Source of the DNA: Eubacteriales bacterium | GTDB taxonomy: Bacteria; Bacillota; Clostridia; Oscillospirales; CAG-272 | Length of the DNA stretch: 36,835 bases | Assembly (NCBI GenBank): GCA_045129415.1 | Contig: JBGVJM010000004.1 | Location: forward strand, 1-36,835 | Direction of reading: 5' to 3' | Shown: piece after piece, positions 15,963-25,612 of the stretch | Layout of the letters: each line of letters starts with the position of its first letter | Numbering within the stretch: position 1 is the stretch's first letter | The notes under the pieces: model-generated | Database searches by the model: none | Seen by the model: the letters and a program-made list of their open reading frames with translations, nothing else | What the model was told of the DNA's origin: nothing | Made by a program: the position numbers and the translations under genes

Positions 15963-17183
15963 ATGGAAACTACTAAGAATAACGCAAATGCTCCGCTTAT
16001 GACAGGCGTTGACATTATAGGGCTGGTCTTCAGGAAATGGAAGCTCATAGTTTGCCTTTCCTTGATACTTGCCGTGCTTGTAAGCGTTGGCGCATTTTTC
16101 TTGACCAAGGACAACACTACATACGGCAACTCGGTCAACTTCTACCTTTCAAGAAAAGACCCCCAGCAGGTGCTCCTTCCCATTCTCCAATCCGAGTCGT
16201 TTGCGGAAAAGCTTTTGCTTGACGAATACGGCTTGCCCGAGGAGCTCGCGGGAACAAACAACGCGAAATACGAGGAAGCAAAGGCCGCCGTTATCGCCTT
16301 CAAAAAATCAAAAAATGAACTCAAAGAGGTTCAGATCCTTCACAACAGAATAGGTCTTGCGCTCACAACTCCCAAGGACCCTTATACGGGAGAGACCATC
16401 TCCTCCCTTGAGCGCATTGAGCACGAATATCAGAGACTCGTAAACTCATATAACTCCATCAACACTCTTCTCACCACCTACAAGAGTGCTAACACCGATG
16501 GAATAGTAACCGAGGGGCACCTCAAAATGACCGAGGAGCTTGAGGCTCGCCTTGAGGTAGCGCGTCAGGAGAGAGAGGCTTATAAAAAGTCGGCATACGA
16601 TCCCGCACAGCTCGAGGTGCTTGCAAGCTACGAAACGTATATGCTCAAAATGCGTGCCACAAACGACCTGAAGGCAAAGGCAGACGAGCTTGTAGAAGGT
16701 CTCCTTGTTGATTGGAGAAACGATGAGGACGTTCAGAAAAAGATAGGCAAGATCATGAACGCCATGACCTTCGGCTATATAATTCCCGAGCAGACCGAGG
16801 ATGCTCTTCCCGACAACGTATCTCCCGAAAAGCAAAATCAGGTCATCAACTTCTCATTTATTAAGGTTTCGGTAGCCGTTGTGGGCGACGAGGAGCTTGC
16901 AAACCTTATCATTTCCCGCCTTAAGAGAACACTTCCCTTGTTCGTTGAGACAAGTCTTGACAGTATGGCATCCACCGCGGACACGGAGTGTGAGCTTATA
17001 AGTACCTTCAGCGCAGCTCAGGAGCTTGATAGAGAAAGCTCCGTTACGACCCTCGTGCTTGCATTTGGCTTGACCTTTATCGCAGTCGCCGTAATAGCTG
17101 CCATCGCAGTTGTTTGCGCGGAATGGCTCAGAAGATCAGGCGTTATCAAGACAAAGGAAAAGTCAAAGAAGGCTGCCGCCTGA
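15963..17183 (+). CDS. Polysaccharide co-polymerase (Wzz-like chain-length determinant) topology protein
   Basis: 406 aa. One N-terminal TM helix (LIVCLSLILAVLVSVGAFFL), a long charged coiled-coil-like central region, and one C-terminal TM helix (LVLAFGLTFIAVAVIAAIAVV). The call rests on architecture only. Confidence 0.45.
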   Translation: METTKNNANAPLMTGVDIIGLVFRKWKLIVCLSLILAVLVSVGAFFLTKDNTTYGNSVNFYLSRKDPQQVLLPILQSESFAEKLLLDEYGLPEELAGTNNAKYEEAKAAVIAFKKSKNELKEVQILHNRIGLALTTPKDPYTGETISSLERIEHEYQRLVNSYNSINTLLTTYKSANTDGIVTEGHLKMTEELEARLEVARQEREAYKKSAYDPAQLEVLASYETYMLKMRATNDLKAKADELVEGLLVDWRNDEDVQKKIGKIMNAMTFGYIIPEQTEDALPDNVSPEKQNQVINFSFIKVSVAVVGDEELANLIISRLKRTLPLFVETSLDSMASTADTECELISTFSAAQELDRESSVTTLVLAFGLTFIAVAVIAAIAVVCAEWLRRSGVIKTKEKSKKAAA

Positions 17184-17212
17184 TCAAAACAAAATTGACA
17201 CATAATATCAAA

Positions 17213-17242
17213 ACGGACGGTGATCTCACCGTCCGTTTTTTG
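17213..17242 (+). terminator. Intrinsic terminator
   Basis: ACGGACGGTGA / TCACCGTCCGT stem followed by TTTTTT. Confidence 0.7.
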
Positions 17243-17382
17243 TGTATCCGTATTCTTAAAATATTAACATTTGTGACACTTAGAATTAATATAACTTTGA
17301 TAAACTAAATTTGTATGAGCATTTTTGTCGGGCACAATTTCGTGCCAAATCAATATAACCCTTGAAAGGAATACGACAACAT

Positions 17383-19188
17383 ATGGGAATTATGGAGATC
17401 ATGGGTCTCATTTGCGGCTTAGCCCTCTTTCTTTACGGAATGGACGTTATGGGCAACGGGCTCAAAAAGAGCGCGGGACGCAAATTGAAGACAATACTCG
17501 GTAACCTCACATCAAGCAAGCTCAAGGCGTTTTTGCTCGGTCTCGGAGTAACGGCGATAATCCAATCCTCCTCCGCAACAACGGTAATGGTGGTCGGCTT
17601 CGTTAACGCGGGCACAATGCTGCTCTCTCAGGCAATAGGCGTTATTATGGGAGCAAACCTCGGTACTGCCGTCACCGCATGGCTTACCGCGCTTAACAGT
17701 CTCGGCGACAACGAGGCTCTTGCCGCAACCGCTTGGCTTGAATATCTTACCCCCGATTTCTGGATGCCGATACTCGCTCTTATCGGTATCGCATTCATAA
17801 TGTTCTCAAAAAGAGAGAAGCAAAAGGATCTGGGCACGATACTGCTCGGCTTTGCCGTTCTCATGGTCGGCATGTCGCTTATGTCCGACTCGGTCGGCGC
17901 GCTCAAGACGGATCCTAACTTTGCACAGCTTCTCACCGTATTTGATAACCCCATAGTCGGTGTTCTCGTGGGTGCGGTGCTTACCGCTATCGTTCAGTCC
18001 TCCTCGGCATCGATCGGTATTTTGCAGGCTCTCTCGGCAACGGGACAAATATCCTTTGGCATGGCGATCCCGATAGTTCTCGGACAAAATATCGGTACCT
18101 GTATCACGGCTATGCTCTCGGCTCTCGGAGCAAACAAGAACGGAAAGCGCACCGCGTTCGTCCACCTGTTCTTCAACGTCATTGGCGTTGTTTTCTGGCT
18201 TTCAATGTATTACCTTGTCGGCTGGATGCTCGGAACGGCGAGTGTATTTGATTTCTTTGGATTCCAAAAGCTTATAATCAATCCGTTTGGCATTGCTATC
18301 GTCCACACGGTATTCAAAATACTTGCCATTCTTCTCATGTGGCCCTTTACCAAGCTGCTTGAAAAGCTGGCCTGCCTCGTTATTCGCGGCGACGACAAGA
18401 AGGGCGACGAATACACCTCTATGCTTGACGAAAGACTTCTCGACACACCTTCGGTTGCTATTGACAGCGCGCGCAAGGTTGCAATTCACATGAGCGACGT
18501 GGCTCTCGGCTCTATGAAAAAGGCTATGTCCTTGTTTGATAATTACGAATCAAAGCTCGCCGACGAGATACGCGCCGAAGAAAGTCAGGTAGACGTTTAC
18601 GAGGACGAGCTGGGCTCTTACCTTGTTAAAATATCGTCACGCGACCTTGACGAGCGCGACAGCGCCGAGGTAACCAAGCTGCTCCACCTTATCGGAGACT
18701 TTGAAAGGATTTCCGACCACGCGGTCAACATCGTTGAATCCGTTGAGGAAAAGCGCGACAAGGAGGTGTCCTTCTCGGATGCGGCAACCGAAGAGCTTAC
18801 CGTTATGACAAACGCTCTTTACGAAATACTTGATATGACTAAAAGCTGCGTTGCCTCAAACGACGTGGAGCTTGCCTTCACCGTTGAGCCTCTCGAGCAG
18901 GTTATCGACTATCTGCGCGACGAGATAAAGCTCAGACATACAATAAGACTGCAAAAGAACCTTTGCTCTATTGAGCTTGGCTTTATTCTTTCCGATATTC
19001 TTACCAACTACGAGCGCGTCTCCGACCACTGCTCCAACATCGCGGGCTGTCTTGTGGAAATGTCCAAAAAGGAAGCTCTTGATCTTCACCGCTATATGCA
19101 CGACCTTAAGGACGGCGACAGCGCAGACTTCGATTCTCTTTACAAGGAATATATGGGTAAGTATACCCTGCCCCAAAACGAAAAATAA
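17383..19188 (+). CDS. Na/Pi cotransporter family protein with C-terminal PhoU-like repeats
   Basis: GLALFLYGM and duplicated QSSSA(T/S) motifs mark the NptA-type transporter, with C-terminal ERI(V)SDH PhoU-like repeats. The start is ambiguous (17362 TTG, or ATG at 17383, 17392 or 17401). Confidence 0.85.
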   Translation: MGIMEIMGLICGLALFLYGMDVMGNGLKKSAGRKLKTILGNLTSSKLKAFLLGLGVTAIIQSSSATTVMVVGFVNAGTMLLSQAIGVIMGANLGTAVTAWLTALNSLGDNEALAATAWLEYLTPDFWMPILALIGIAFIMFSKREKQKDLGTILLGFAVLMVGMSLMSDSVGALKTDPNFAQLLTVFDNPIVGVLVGAVLTAIVQSSSASIGILQALSATGQISFGMAIPIVLGQNIGTCITAMLSALGANKNGKRTAFVHLFFNVIGVVFWLSMYYLVGWMLGTASVFDFFGFQKLIINPFGIAIVHTVFKILAILLMWPFTKLLEKLACLVIRGDDKKGDEYTSMLDERLLDTPSVAIDSARKVAIHMSDVALGSMKKAMSLFDNYESKLADEIRAEESQVDVYEDELGSYLVKISSRDLDERDSAEVTKLLHLIGDFERISDHAVNIVESVEEKRDKEVSFSDAATEELTVMTNALYEILDMTKSCVASNDVELAFTVEPLEQVIDYLRDEIKLRHTIRLQKNLCSIELGFILSDILTNYERVSDHCSNIAGCLVEMSKKEALDLHRYMHDLKDGDSADFDSLYKEYMGKYTLPQNEK

Positions 19189-19198
19189 AAAGAAAACA

Positions 19199-19232
19199 GC
19201 GCGTCTCCGCTCGGAGACGCGCTTCTTTTTTT
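19199..19232. terminator. Bidirectional intrinsic terminator
   Basis: GCGCGTCTCC / GGAGACGCGC 10-bp stem, then a T-run. It lies between convergent genes. Confidence 0.7.
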
Positions 19233-20571
19233 ATTTAACTACTCTTACTCGTTTGACGTTGTAATACTTAAAGCATTTTATGGCGTCGGAGTCTATTATC
19301 TCTCCGCACATAACTACGGGCACGGCAGGAGGACACGCAACGCTCGGCTGACCGAGTATCATGCCTTCCGCTTCCTCAACGTCCACCTCTTTTGAGGGTG
19401 ACAGCATTGCTTCTCTTACGCTCATTGCCCTTCTCGCCGCCCGAAGCGTTGGATACGGTTCAATGACCGCTGCTTTCTTTTCAAGAGCGAGCAACGAGCT
19501 TTCAAGTCGATCAATATCGCTCGCATCGGTTTCGGGAGTAAGCATCATAACGCAAAAATCTCTATCCGCAAACTCACAAACCATATCGCGCGACAAGAGA
19601 TATTCGGCAAGCTCTTCGCCCGTGTATCCATAGCTTTTGGGAGCTAACGTGAGTTTTATGGGCTCGTCTCCAACGACTCGCATTCCTTTTTCGCAAAGTC
19701 TTTTCTTTAACTCGTCCACCCTTGCGACAAGCCTTGAAAGTCTTTCGCGATAGTCACCGTCAAGATAAGCATTTGCCCTGTCAAGCGACTGCATTATCAG
19801 ATAAGAGGGGCTCGTTGAGGCAAAAAGCTCCATTGCGGCAGTCGCGCTATCCACGATTTGTTGCGGAGCGCATTTTGATATATGAAGATACGCCCCTCCC
19901 GTAAGCACCGGCAGGGTTTTGTGCGCCGAATCGCAGCACATATCCGCGCCAAGCAAAATTGGATGCCTGTCCTCGCCCAAAAATCTGAGATATGCTCCGT
20001 GAGCATTATCCACGAGCAAAAGAACGCCGTATTTTTGGCAAACCGCCGCTATTTCGGCAACGTCACAGGTGTTTCCAAGATAATCGGGACTTGTAAGATA
20101 CACCGCTATCGGCTTTTCGCCGCGCACGTTTATGGCATTTTCCACCTTTTGCGCCGTGACACGACAGCAAAGCACTCCGTCGCTCTCGTCGGGATATATC
20201 CATTCAACGTCTACGTCCAACAGTGCGCAAGCGCTCAAAAACGCCTTATGTACGTTTCTTGCCGCTAATATCCACGGCTTTTTTGAGTCTCCCTTCTTGC
20301 CCTCAAGCGCCAAACGAAGCATGGCGCGTATGCAAAGCGAGGAGCCCTCGGTAGAATAGACCGTTCTTGCCGTACCGAAAAGCGTTGACGCGTTGTGCTG
20401 ACTTTTTGCGATAATACCGCAAGGACTGTAAAGCACGTCGGCTCCGTTGATCTCGGTAATATCCATGGACTCCGTACCGAGAAACCCCTTTCCCTTGTGT
20501 CCGGGCATGTGAAGACGCACGGCGGAGCTCTCTGCATATTTTTTTACAAAATCACATATTGGTGTATCCAT
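19231..20571 (-). CDS. Orn/Lys/Arg decarboxylase family PLP-dependent enzyme
   Basis: HMPGHKG near the N-terminus and the PLP-lysine motif DSAHKTLP. RBS TAGGAGGA plus 9 nt supports ATG 20571 (MDTPICDF) rather than the track start at 20592. Confidence 0.8.
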   Translation of the reverse strand: MDTPICDFVKKYAESSAVRLHMPGHKGKGFLGTESMDITEINGADVLYSPCGIIAKSQHNASTLFGTARTVYSTEGSSLCIRAMLRLALEGKKGDSKKPWILAARNVHKAFLSACALLDVDVEWIYPDESDGVLCCRVTAQKVENAINVRGEKPIAVYLTSPDYLGNTCDVAEIAAVCQKYGVLLLVDNAHGAYLRFLGEDRHPILLGADMCCDSAHKTLPVLTGGAYLHISKCAPQQIVDSATAAMELFASTSPSYLIMQSLDRANAYLDGDYRERLSRLVARVDELKKRLCEKGMRVVGDEPIKLTLAPKSYGYTGEELAEYLLSRDMVCEFADRDFCVMMLTPETDASDIDRLESSLLALEKKAAVIEPYPTLRAARRAMSVREAMLSPSKEVDVEEAEGMILGQPSVACPPAVPVVMCGEIIDSDAIKCFKYYNVKRVRVVK

Positions 20572-20598
20572 ACCGCCACGTCCTCCTAACATTCAGAT

Positions 20599-21984
20599 TT
20601 ATTTTTCCGCGTCCAGCGTTTTAGCAACCTCAAGCATTATGGCACATTCCATTCTCTTGCGGAAAAGCTCGCAGCCGTATTTATATATGCCGTTTACCGA
20701 GCCCGTTGCATGATAAGCGTTTGCCGCGCAACCGCCCGAGCAATAGAGCTTTGCCCAGCAATCCGCGCATTCGGGTCTTGTGTATACGTTACAGCAAGCG
20801 AACTCGCCCTGAACCTCCGTATTGTCAACGCCGTCAAACACGTTGCCGAGCTTGAATCTCTCCTCGCCGACAAACTGATGGCAGGGATAGAGGTCTCCCC
20901 AAGGAGTGACCGCCATATACTCGGTTCCCGAGCCGCAGCCCGATATTCTCTTGTATATACAAGGACCGCCCTTGAGGTCTATCATATAGTGATAGAAGGT
21001 AAAGGGCCTACCCTCTCTGTGACGCTCAAGCATAAGCTCTGCAAGCTTTTCGTACTGCTCAAGCACGATGGGAAGGTCCTCGCGAGTAAGCGCCGAGGGG
21101 TCGTCCTCCGCGCAAACCACGGGCTCCATGCTCAGCTCGTTAAAGCCGAGATCAAGCATGGTCTTTATGTCCTCCAAAAAGTCGGGATTTGCGTGCGTAA
21201 ATGTGCCGCGCATGTAGTAATTCTTGCCCTCGCGCTCCTTGACGAGTTTCTGGAACTTGGGAACGATGCGCTCCCAGCTTCCTCTGCCCGCATAGTCAAC
21301 GCGGAAGCGGTCATGGACCTCGCGGCGACCGTCCAGACTCAAAACCACGTTTGAGCATTCGCGGTTTGCGAAATCTATAACGTCGTCGTCAATAAGCATT
21401 CCGTTGGTTGTAAGCGTAAAGCGGAAGTTTTTGCCCGCATCCTTCTCTATTGAGCGCGCGTACGCTACAAGCTGCTTTACAACGTCAAAGTTCATAAGAG
21501 GCTCGCCGCCGAAAAAGTCGACCTCAAGATTACGTCTGCCCTTTGAGTTGGCAACAAGGAAATTAAGTGCCTGCTTGCCCACCTCAAAGCTCATAAGCGC
21601 TCTTTCTCCGTGGTACTTGCCCTGGCTCGCAAAGCAATAAGAGCAATTAAGGTTGCAGGAGTGTGCTATGTGCAGGCAAAGTGCCTTTACAACACCTGCG
21701 CTCTTTTCCTTAAGCTTGCCCGCCATTCCCTCAAAATTATCGGGCGTGAAGAGCTTACCCTCCTCGCGGAGCGATTCAAGATCGGAGAAGCATTCCTCTA
21801 TCTCCTGTCTTGTAACCGTTTCGTCATCCTTATATTTTTCAAGAATTGCGGCAATGATGTCCTCCTTGTCGCAGCTCTCGTACATTTCAATTATGTCGTA
21901 GACCACGTCGTCTACCACGTGGACGGAACCTGAATATATGTCAAGAACTATATTGAGCCCGCCAAGCTTATAACAATGTGTCAT
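20599..21984 (-). CDS. scfB: Radical SAM/SPASM thioether-forming maturase of the SCIFF peptide
   Basis: 461 aa. CNLNCSYC radical SAM cluster motif and a C-terminal Cys-rich SPASM region (CADCWAKLYCSGGC). It lies immediately downstream of a SCIFF-type precursor. RBS AGGAG. Confidence 0.9.
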   Translation of the reverse strand: MTHCYKLGGLNIVLDIYSGSVHVVDDVVYDIIEMYESCDKEDIIAAILEKYKDDETVTRQEIEECFSDLESLREEGKLFTPDNFEGMAGKLKEKSAGVVKALCLHIAHSCNLNCSYCFASQGKYHGERALMSFEVGKQALNFLVANSKGRRNLEVDFFGGEPLMNFDVVKQLVAYARSIEKDAGKNFRFTLTTNGMLIDDDVIDFANRECSNVVLSLDGRREVHDRFRVDYAGRGSWERIVPKFQKLVKEREGKNYYMRGTFTHANPDFLEDIKTMLDLGFNELSMEPVVCAEDDPSALTREDLPIVLEQYEKLAELMLERHREGRPFTFYHYMIDLKGGPCIYKRISGCGSGTEYMAVTPWGDLYPCHQFVGEERFKLGNVFDGVDNTEVQGEFACCNVYTRPECADCWAKLYCSGGCAANAYHATGSVNGIYKYGCELFRKRMECAIMLEVAKTLDAEK

Positions 21985-22019
21985 TTGTTTTCTCCTGATT
22001 TTTGCTATCTTGTATCTTC

Positions 22020-22047
22020 ATCAAAAATGCCGCCTACATTGGCGGCA
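22020..22047 (-). terminator. Intercistronic hairpin plus T-run between the precursor and maturase genes
   Basis: Minus strand: ATGCCGCC-(6 nt)-GGCGGCAT followed by TTTTTG (stem 22026-22033 / 22040-22047). Confidence 0.6.
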
Positions 22048-22055
22048 TCTTTAAT

Positions 22056-22202
22056 CTCACTTGTGAGAATTTTCGCACTGCTGATTAGCAATCCCGCAAG
22101 AGGTCTTGCAAGCAGACTGGCAAGAAGTCTGGCACTCTCCGCAGCCGCCATTCTTCGCGGTCTCGCAAAGGTTCTTTGTATCAAGTGTCTTAATACGCTT
22201 CA
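22056..22202 (-). CDS. scfA: SCIFF (six-cysteines-in-forty-five) ranthipeptide precursor, 48 aa
   Basis: Hand translation: MKRIKTLDTKNLCETAKNGGCGECQTSCQSACKTSCGIANQQCENSHK. The GGCGECQTSCQSACKTSC core is the SCIFF signature. RBS GGAGG lies 7 nt upstream. Too short for the supplied ORF track. Confidence 0.85.
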
Positions 22203-22241
22203 TAATGGTATCCTCCGTTAAAGCTAATTTTAATTACGTAT

Positions 22242-22271
22242 CATTATATCACGTTTTTTTCTTCAAGTCAA
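22242..22271 (-). promoter_or_regulatory. Sigma-A promoter for scfA
   Basis: Minus strand: TTGACT (22266-22271), 18 nt, TATAAT (22242-22247). Confidence 0.5.
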
Positions 22272-22341
22272 TAAGATGACGGCAATTTTTCTTTATCTGT
22301 AACAAATATTTTTTGAATATGCCACACTCCGCAAATGCGCG

Positions 22342-22370
22342 TTGACAAAATGGAGGCGATATGTTAAAAT
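22342..22370 (+). promoter_or_regulatory. Sigma-A promoter for the MFS-GH2 operon
   Basis: TTGACA (22342-22347), 17 nt, TAAAAT (22365-22370). Confidence 0.5.
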
Positions 22371-22402
22371 AAATTGTAAAAAATTTTCAATTGGAGATTA
22401 TT

Positions 22403-23719
22403 ATGAAAACAAAGCTTTCGGGTAAATTCTGGCTGGCTCTCGTTTTGTTCTCTCTTATGGGACAGATAGCCTGGGTAGTCGAAAATATGTATCTCAACGT
22501 ATTTATCTACAAAATGTTCAACGCGTCCGCCGCCGACATATCCTTTATGGTTGCGGCATCCGCAGTTGCGGCAACCCTGACCACCGTATTTATCGGTGCG
22601 CTCTCCGACAGACTCGGCAAGCGCCGTGTATTCATTTCGGGTGGCTACATTCTTTGGGGTATTTCAATTTTGGGCTTTGCTCTCTTGAAGCTTGACATTA
22701 TAGGCCCTCTCTTTGCATCTGTTGCGGGTGCGGCAAGCATCTGTATTACGCTTACCATTATGCTTGACTGCATTATGACGGTTTTCGGCTCGTCCGCAAA
22801 TGATGCCGCATTCAACGCATGGCTCACGGATTCCACCGACGAATCAAACAGAGGCGCGGCGGAAGGTATTAACGCAATGATGCCGCTGGTTGCAATTCTT
22901 GCCGTTTTCGGCGGCTTGATGGCATTTGATCTTGACAAGAGCGAGAGCTGGACAGCTATATTTATCATAATCGGCGCCGCAGTCATTGTGATCGGTGTAA
23001 TTGGATTCTTTATCATTGACGACAATAAGATCGCGCCCAGTGAAACGGGCTATTTGAGTAACATTATTTACGGCTTCCGTCCCTCCACCGTGCGCGCAAA
23101 TCCCGCATTCTATTTTTATCTTATCGCTTTTATTATCTTCAATATCGCCATTCAGATCTTTATGCCCTACCTCATTATCTACTATGAGGTTTCTCTCGGC
23201 TGGAGCGATTACGTGCTTATTATGGCTCCCGCAATTATAGTCGCATCCGTGGTTACCGCGCTTTGGGGCAGAGTTTATGACAAAAAAGGCTTCTCGTTTG
23301 CCTGCGTTTTCTCGATTCTGTGGCTTGTCGTAGGCTTTGTGATGCTGTTTATATTCCGCACAAAGCTTCCCGTATTTATCGGCTCGCTTCTCATGATGTC
23401 GGGTTACCTTGCGGGCATGGCAGTTTTCGGCGCAAAGATCCGTGACCTGACTCCTCGCGGAAAGGCGGGCATGCTTCAGGGCGTTCGCATCTTCTCTCAG
23501 GTGCTGGTTCCCGGCGTAGTCGGACCTTATATAGGCAGGCTGATCCTCGCCAATGCCGATATGGTGCAAAACAGCGATGGCACCGAATCCTTTAAGCCCG
23601 ACGCCAATATTTTCCTGGGCGCACTTGTAGCAATAGTAATTTTAGCAATAATTCTCGTTACTCGCGAGCTTATAATAAAGCGCAGGACTCAAAAGCTTAC
23701 GGAGGTGCAAAATGGCTAA
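22403..23719 (+). CDS. MFS transporter (probably a glycoside/sugar importer)
   Basis: About 12 TM helices. The SDRLGKRR loop motif is typical of MFS. GGAG plus 6 nt supports ATG 22403. Overlaps the GH2 start by 8 nt. Confidence 0.8.
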   Translation: MKTKLSGKFWLALVLFSLMGQIAWVVENMYLNVFIYKMFNASAADISFMVAASAVAATLTTVFIGALSDRLGKRRVFISGGYILWGISILGFALLKLDIIGPLFASVAGAASICITLTIMLDCIMTVFGSSANDAAFNAWLTDSTDESNRGAAEGINAMMPLVAILAVFGGLMAFDLDKSESWTAIFIIIGAAVIVIGVIGFFIIDDNKIAPSETGYLSNIIYGFRPSTVRANPAFYFYLIAFIIFNIAIQIFMPYLIIYYEVSLGWSDYVLIMAPAIIVASVVTALWGRVYDKKGFSFACVFSILWLVVGFVMLFIFRTKLPVFIGSLLMMSGYLAGMAVFGAKIRDLTPRGKAGMLQGVRIFSQVLVPGVVGPYIGRLILANADMVQNSDGTESFKPDANIFLGALVAIVILAIILVTRELIIKRRTQKLTEVQNG

Positions 23720-25457
23720 TAAAAAACAGCCCCGCCTTTGCGAGCTGACGACTCCCTTTGAGGATAAAGCAAGCGTCACTACCACGTGGGAAAGCGAATA
23801 TCCCCGTCCCCAGCTGCGACGTGACTCCTATATCTCGCTTTGCGGCGAATGGGCGCTTTCCGTCAAAAATGCGGACGGAAGGGTGTCGCCTCTTGGTCCC
23901 ATTACAGTTCCCTACCCGCCCGAATCAAGAATTTCCGGCATACAGCGTCAGCTTGAAGGTGGCGAAAAATACGTTTACACGAAAAGCTTTTGCTTTGACG
24001 GCGCGCCTTCAACCCACCGCGTAATTATGCACTTTGATGCCGTTGACCAGATAGCGTCGGTCACGGTGAACGACCGCGAATTTTCCGAGCACGTCGGCGG
24101 TTATCTTCCCTTTGAGCTTGACGTTACCGACTCCGTGCGCAAGGGCGAAAACACCGTTACCGTTGAGGTGCGCGATGAGCTTGATCATGATTTGGCATGG
24201 GGTAAGCAACGCCGCGACCGAGGCGGAATGTGGTACACTCCCATAAGCGGTATATGGAAGGCCGTTTGGCTTGAGGTCGTTCCCAAAAACTACATTCAGT
24301 ATCTTCATATAACGCCCTCACTTGACAGCGTAACGGTTGAGATGCGCGGCGGTAAAAACAACAAGACCGCAACGCTTTTTGACGGTGAAAACGCAATAAA
24401 ACAGACGTTTTCGGGCTCGTCGGTCACGTTGAAGCCCGAAAATCCGAAATTATGGACACCCGAAACGCCTCATCTCTACGAATTTGAGATAAGCGACGGC
24501 GTGGATACCGTAAGATCATATTTCGCCCTGCGCACCGTCTCTATTGAGAAAAAGGGCGAAAGATCCTACATTTGTCTTAACGGAAAGCCCTATTTTTGCC
24601 ACGGCTTGCTTGACCAGGGCTACTATCCCGACGGAATTTACACTCCCGCCTCGCCCGACGGTCTTATCTACGACATCAAAAAGATGAAGGCGCTTGGCTT
24701 CAACACCCTGCGCAAGCACATCAAGATAGAGCACGAGCTTTTCTACTATTATTGCGACAAATACGGCATGCTGGTATTTCAGGATATGGTCAACAGCGGC
24801 AATTACAGTTTCATTCTCGACACCGCACTGCCCACCATCGGCTTAAAACGAGGCATAACGCACCGCGCCACCAAGTATCGCCGAAAGCACTTTATAGAAA
24901 ATTCCAAGGACACCATCGCGCTGCTCTACAACCATCCGTCCGTTGTATATTACACGATATTCAACGAGGGCTGGGGACAGTTTGACGCGGACGAGATGTA
25001 CAAAACGCTCAAGGCTTGCGATAAGACCCGCATCTTTGACGCAACCTCGGGTTGGTTCTTCGGCAAGCAAAGCGACGTTACAAGCGACCACATATATTTC
25101 AAGCCCTTAAAGCTTAAAGGTCGCGCCGACCGTCCCTCCGTGCTGTCCGAATTCGGAGGTTATTCCCTCAGAGTTGAAGATCACGGTTTCAACCTCGACA
25201 AAAACTACGGCTACTCTACAATGCAGTCAAAAGAAGAATTTGAGGACGCATTTTGCCGCCTCTATCACGAGCAGGTCATACCTCAAATACGCAACGTTGG
25301 TCTTTGCGCAACCGTATACACGCAGGTGAGCGACGTTGAGGACGAAACAAACGGTCTTTTGACCTATGACCGTCGCGTATGTAAGGTGGACGAAGCAAAA
25401 ATGCAAGAGATAGCGAACGAGCTTCTGGCGGCATTTGAGAAAACGGCACTTCAATAA
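23712..25457 (+). CDS. Glycoside hydrolase family 2 (beta-galactosidase/beta-glucuronidase-like)
   Basis: 581 aa. GGYLPFELDVT sugar-binding domain pattern, LRKHIK...LFYYYCDKYGMLVFQDM, and NHPSVVYYTIFNEGWG (acid/base NE motif). Confidence 0.85.
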   Translation: MANKKQPRLCELTTPFEDKASVTTTWESEYPRPQLRRDSYISLCGEWALSVKNADGRVSPLGPITVPYPPESRISGIQRQLEGGEKYVYTKSFCFDGAPSTHRVIMHFDAVDQIASVTVNDREFSEHVGGYLPFELDVTDSVRKGENTVTVEVRDELDHDLAWGKQRRDRGGMWYTPISGIWKAVWLEVVPKNYIQYLHITPSLDSVTVEMRGGKNNKTATLFDGENAIKQTFSGSSVTLKPENPKLWTPETPHLYEFEISDGVDTVRSYFALRTVSIEKKGERSYICLNGKPYFCHGLLDQGYYPDGIYTPASPDGLIYDIKKMKALGFNTLRKHIKIEHELFYYYCDKYGMLVFQDMVNSGNYSFILDTALPTIGLKRGITHRATKYRRKHFIENSKDTIALLYNHPSVVYYTIFNEGWGQFDADEMYKTLKACDKTRIFDATSGWFFGKQSDVTSDHIYFKPLKLKGRADRPSVLSEFGGYSLRVEDHGFNLDKNYGYSTMQSKEEFEDAFCRLYHEQVIPQIRNVGLCATVYTQVSDVEDETNGLLTYDRRVCKVDEAKMQEIANELLAAFEKTALQ

Positions 25458-25472
25458 TAAAACAATGATTTT

Positions 25473-25498
25473 CCGCCCCGATGTGTCGGGGCGGTTTT
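25473..25498 (+). terminator. Intrinsic terminator
   Basis: CCGCCCCGA / TCGGGGCGG stem with a 4-nt loop, followed by TTTT. Confidence 0.7.
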
Positions 25499-25535
25499 GA
25501 TATATTTATATAACTAAATTATTAGGTTATTTATA

Positions 25536-25564
25536 TTGACAAACCCTTCGTTGTATGATAAAAT
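25536..25564 (+). promoter_or_regulatory. Sigma-A promoter for the ABC exporter pair
   Basis: TTGACA (25536-25541), 17 nt, TGaTAAAAT (25559-25564). Confidence 0.55.
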
Positions 25565-25612
25565 GAATTTTGTATTTAGTATTTTAGAAATCAATCATCA
25601 GGGGGTGATTTT

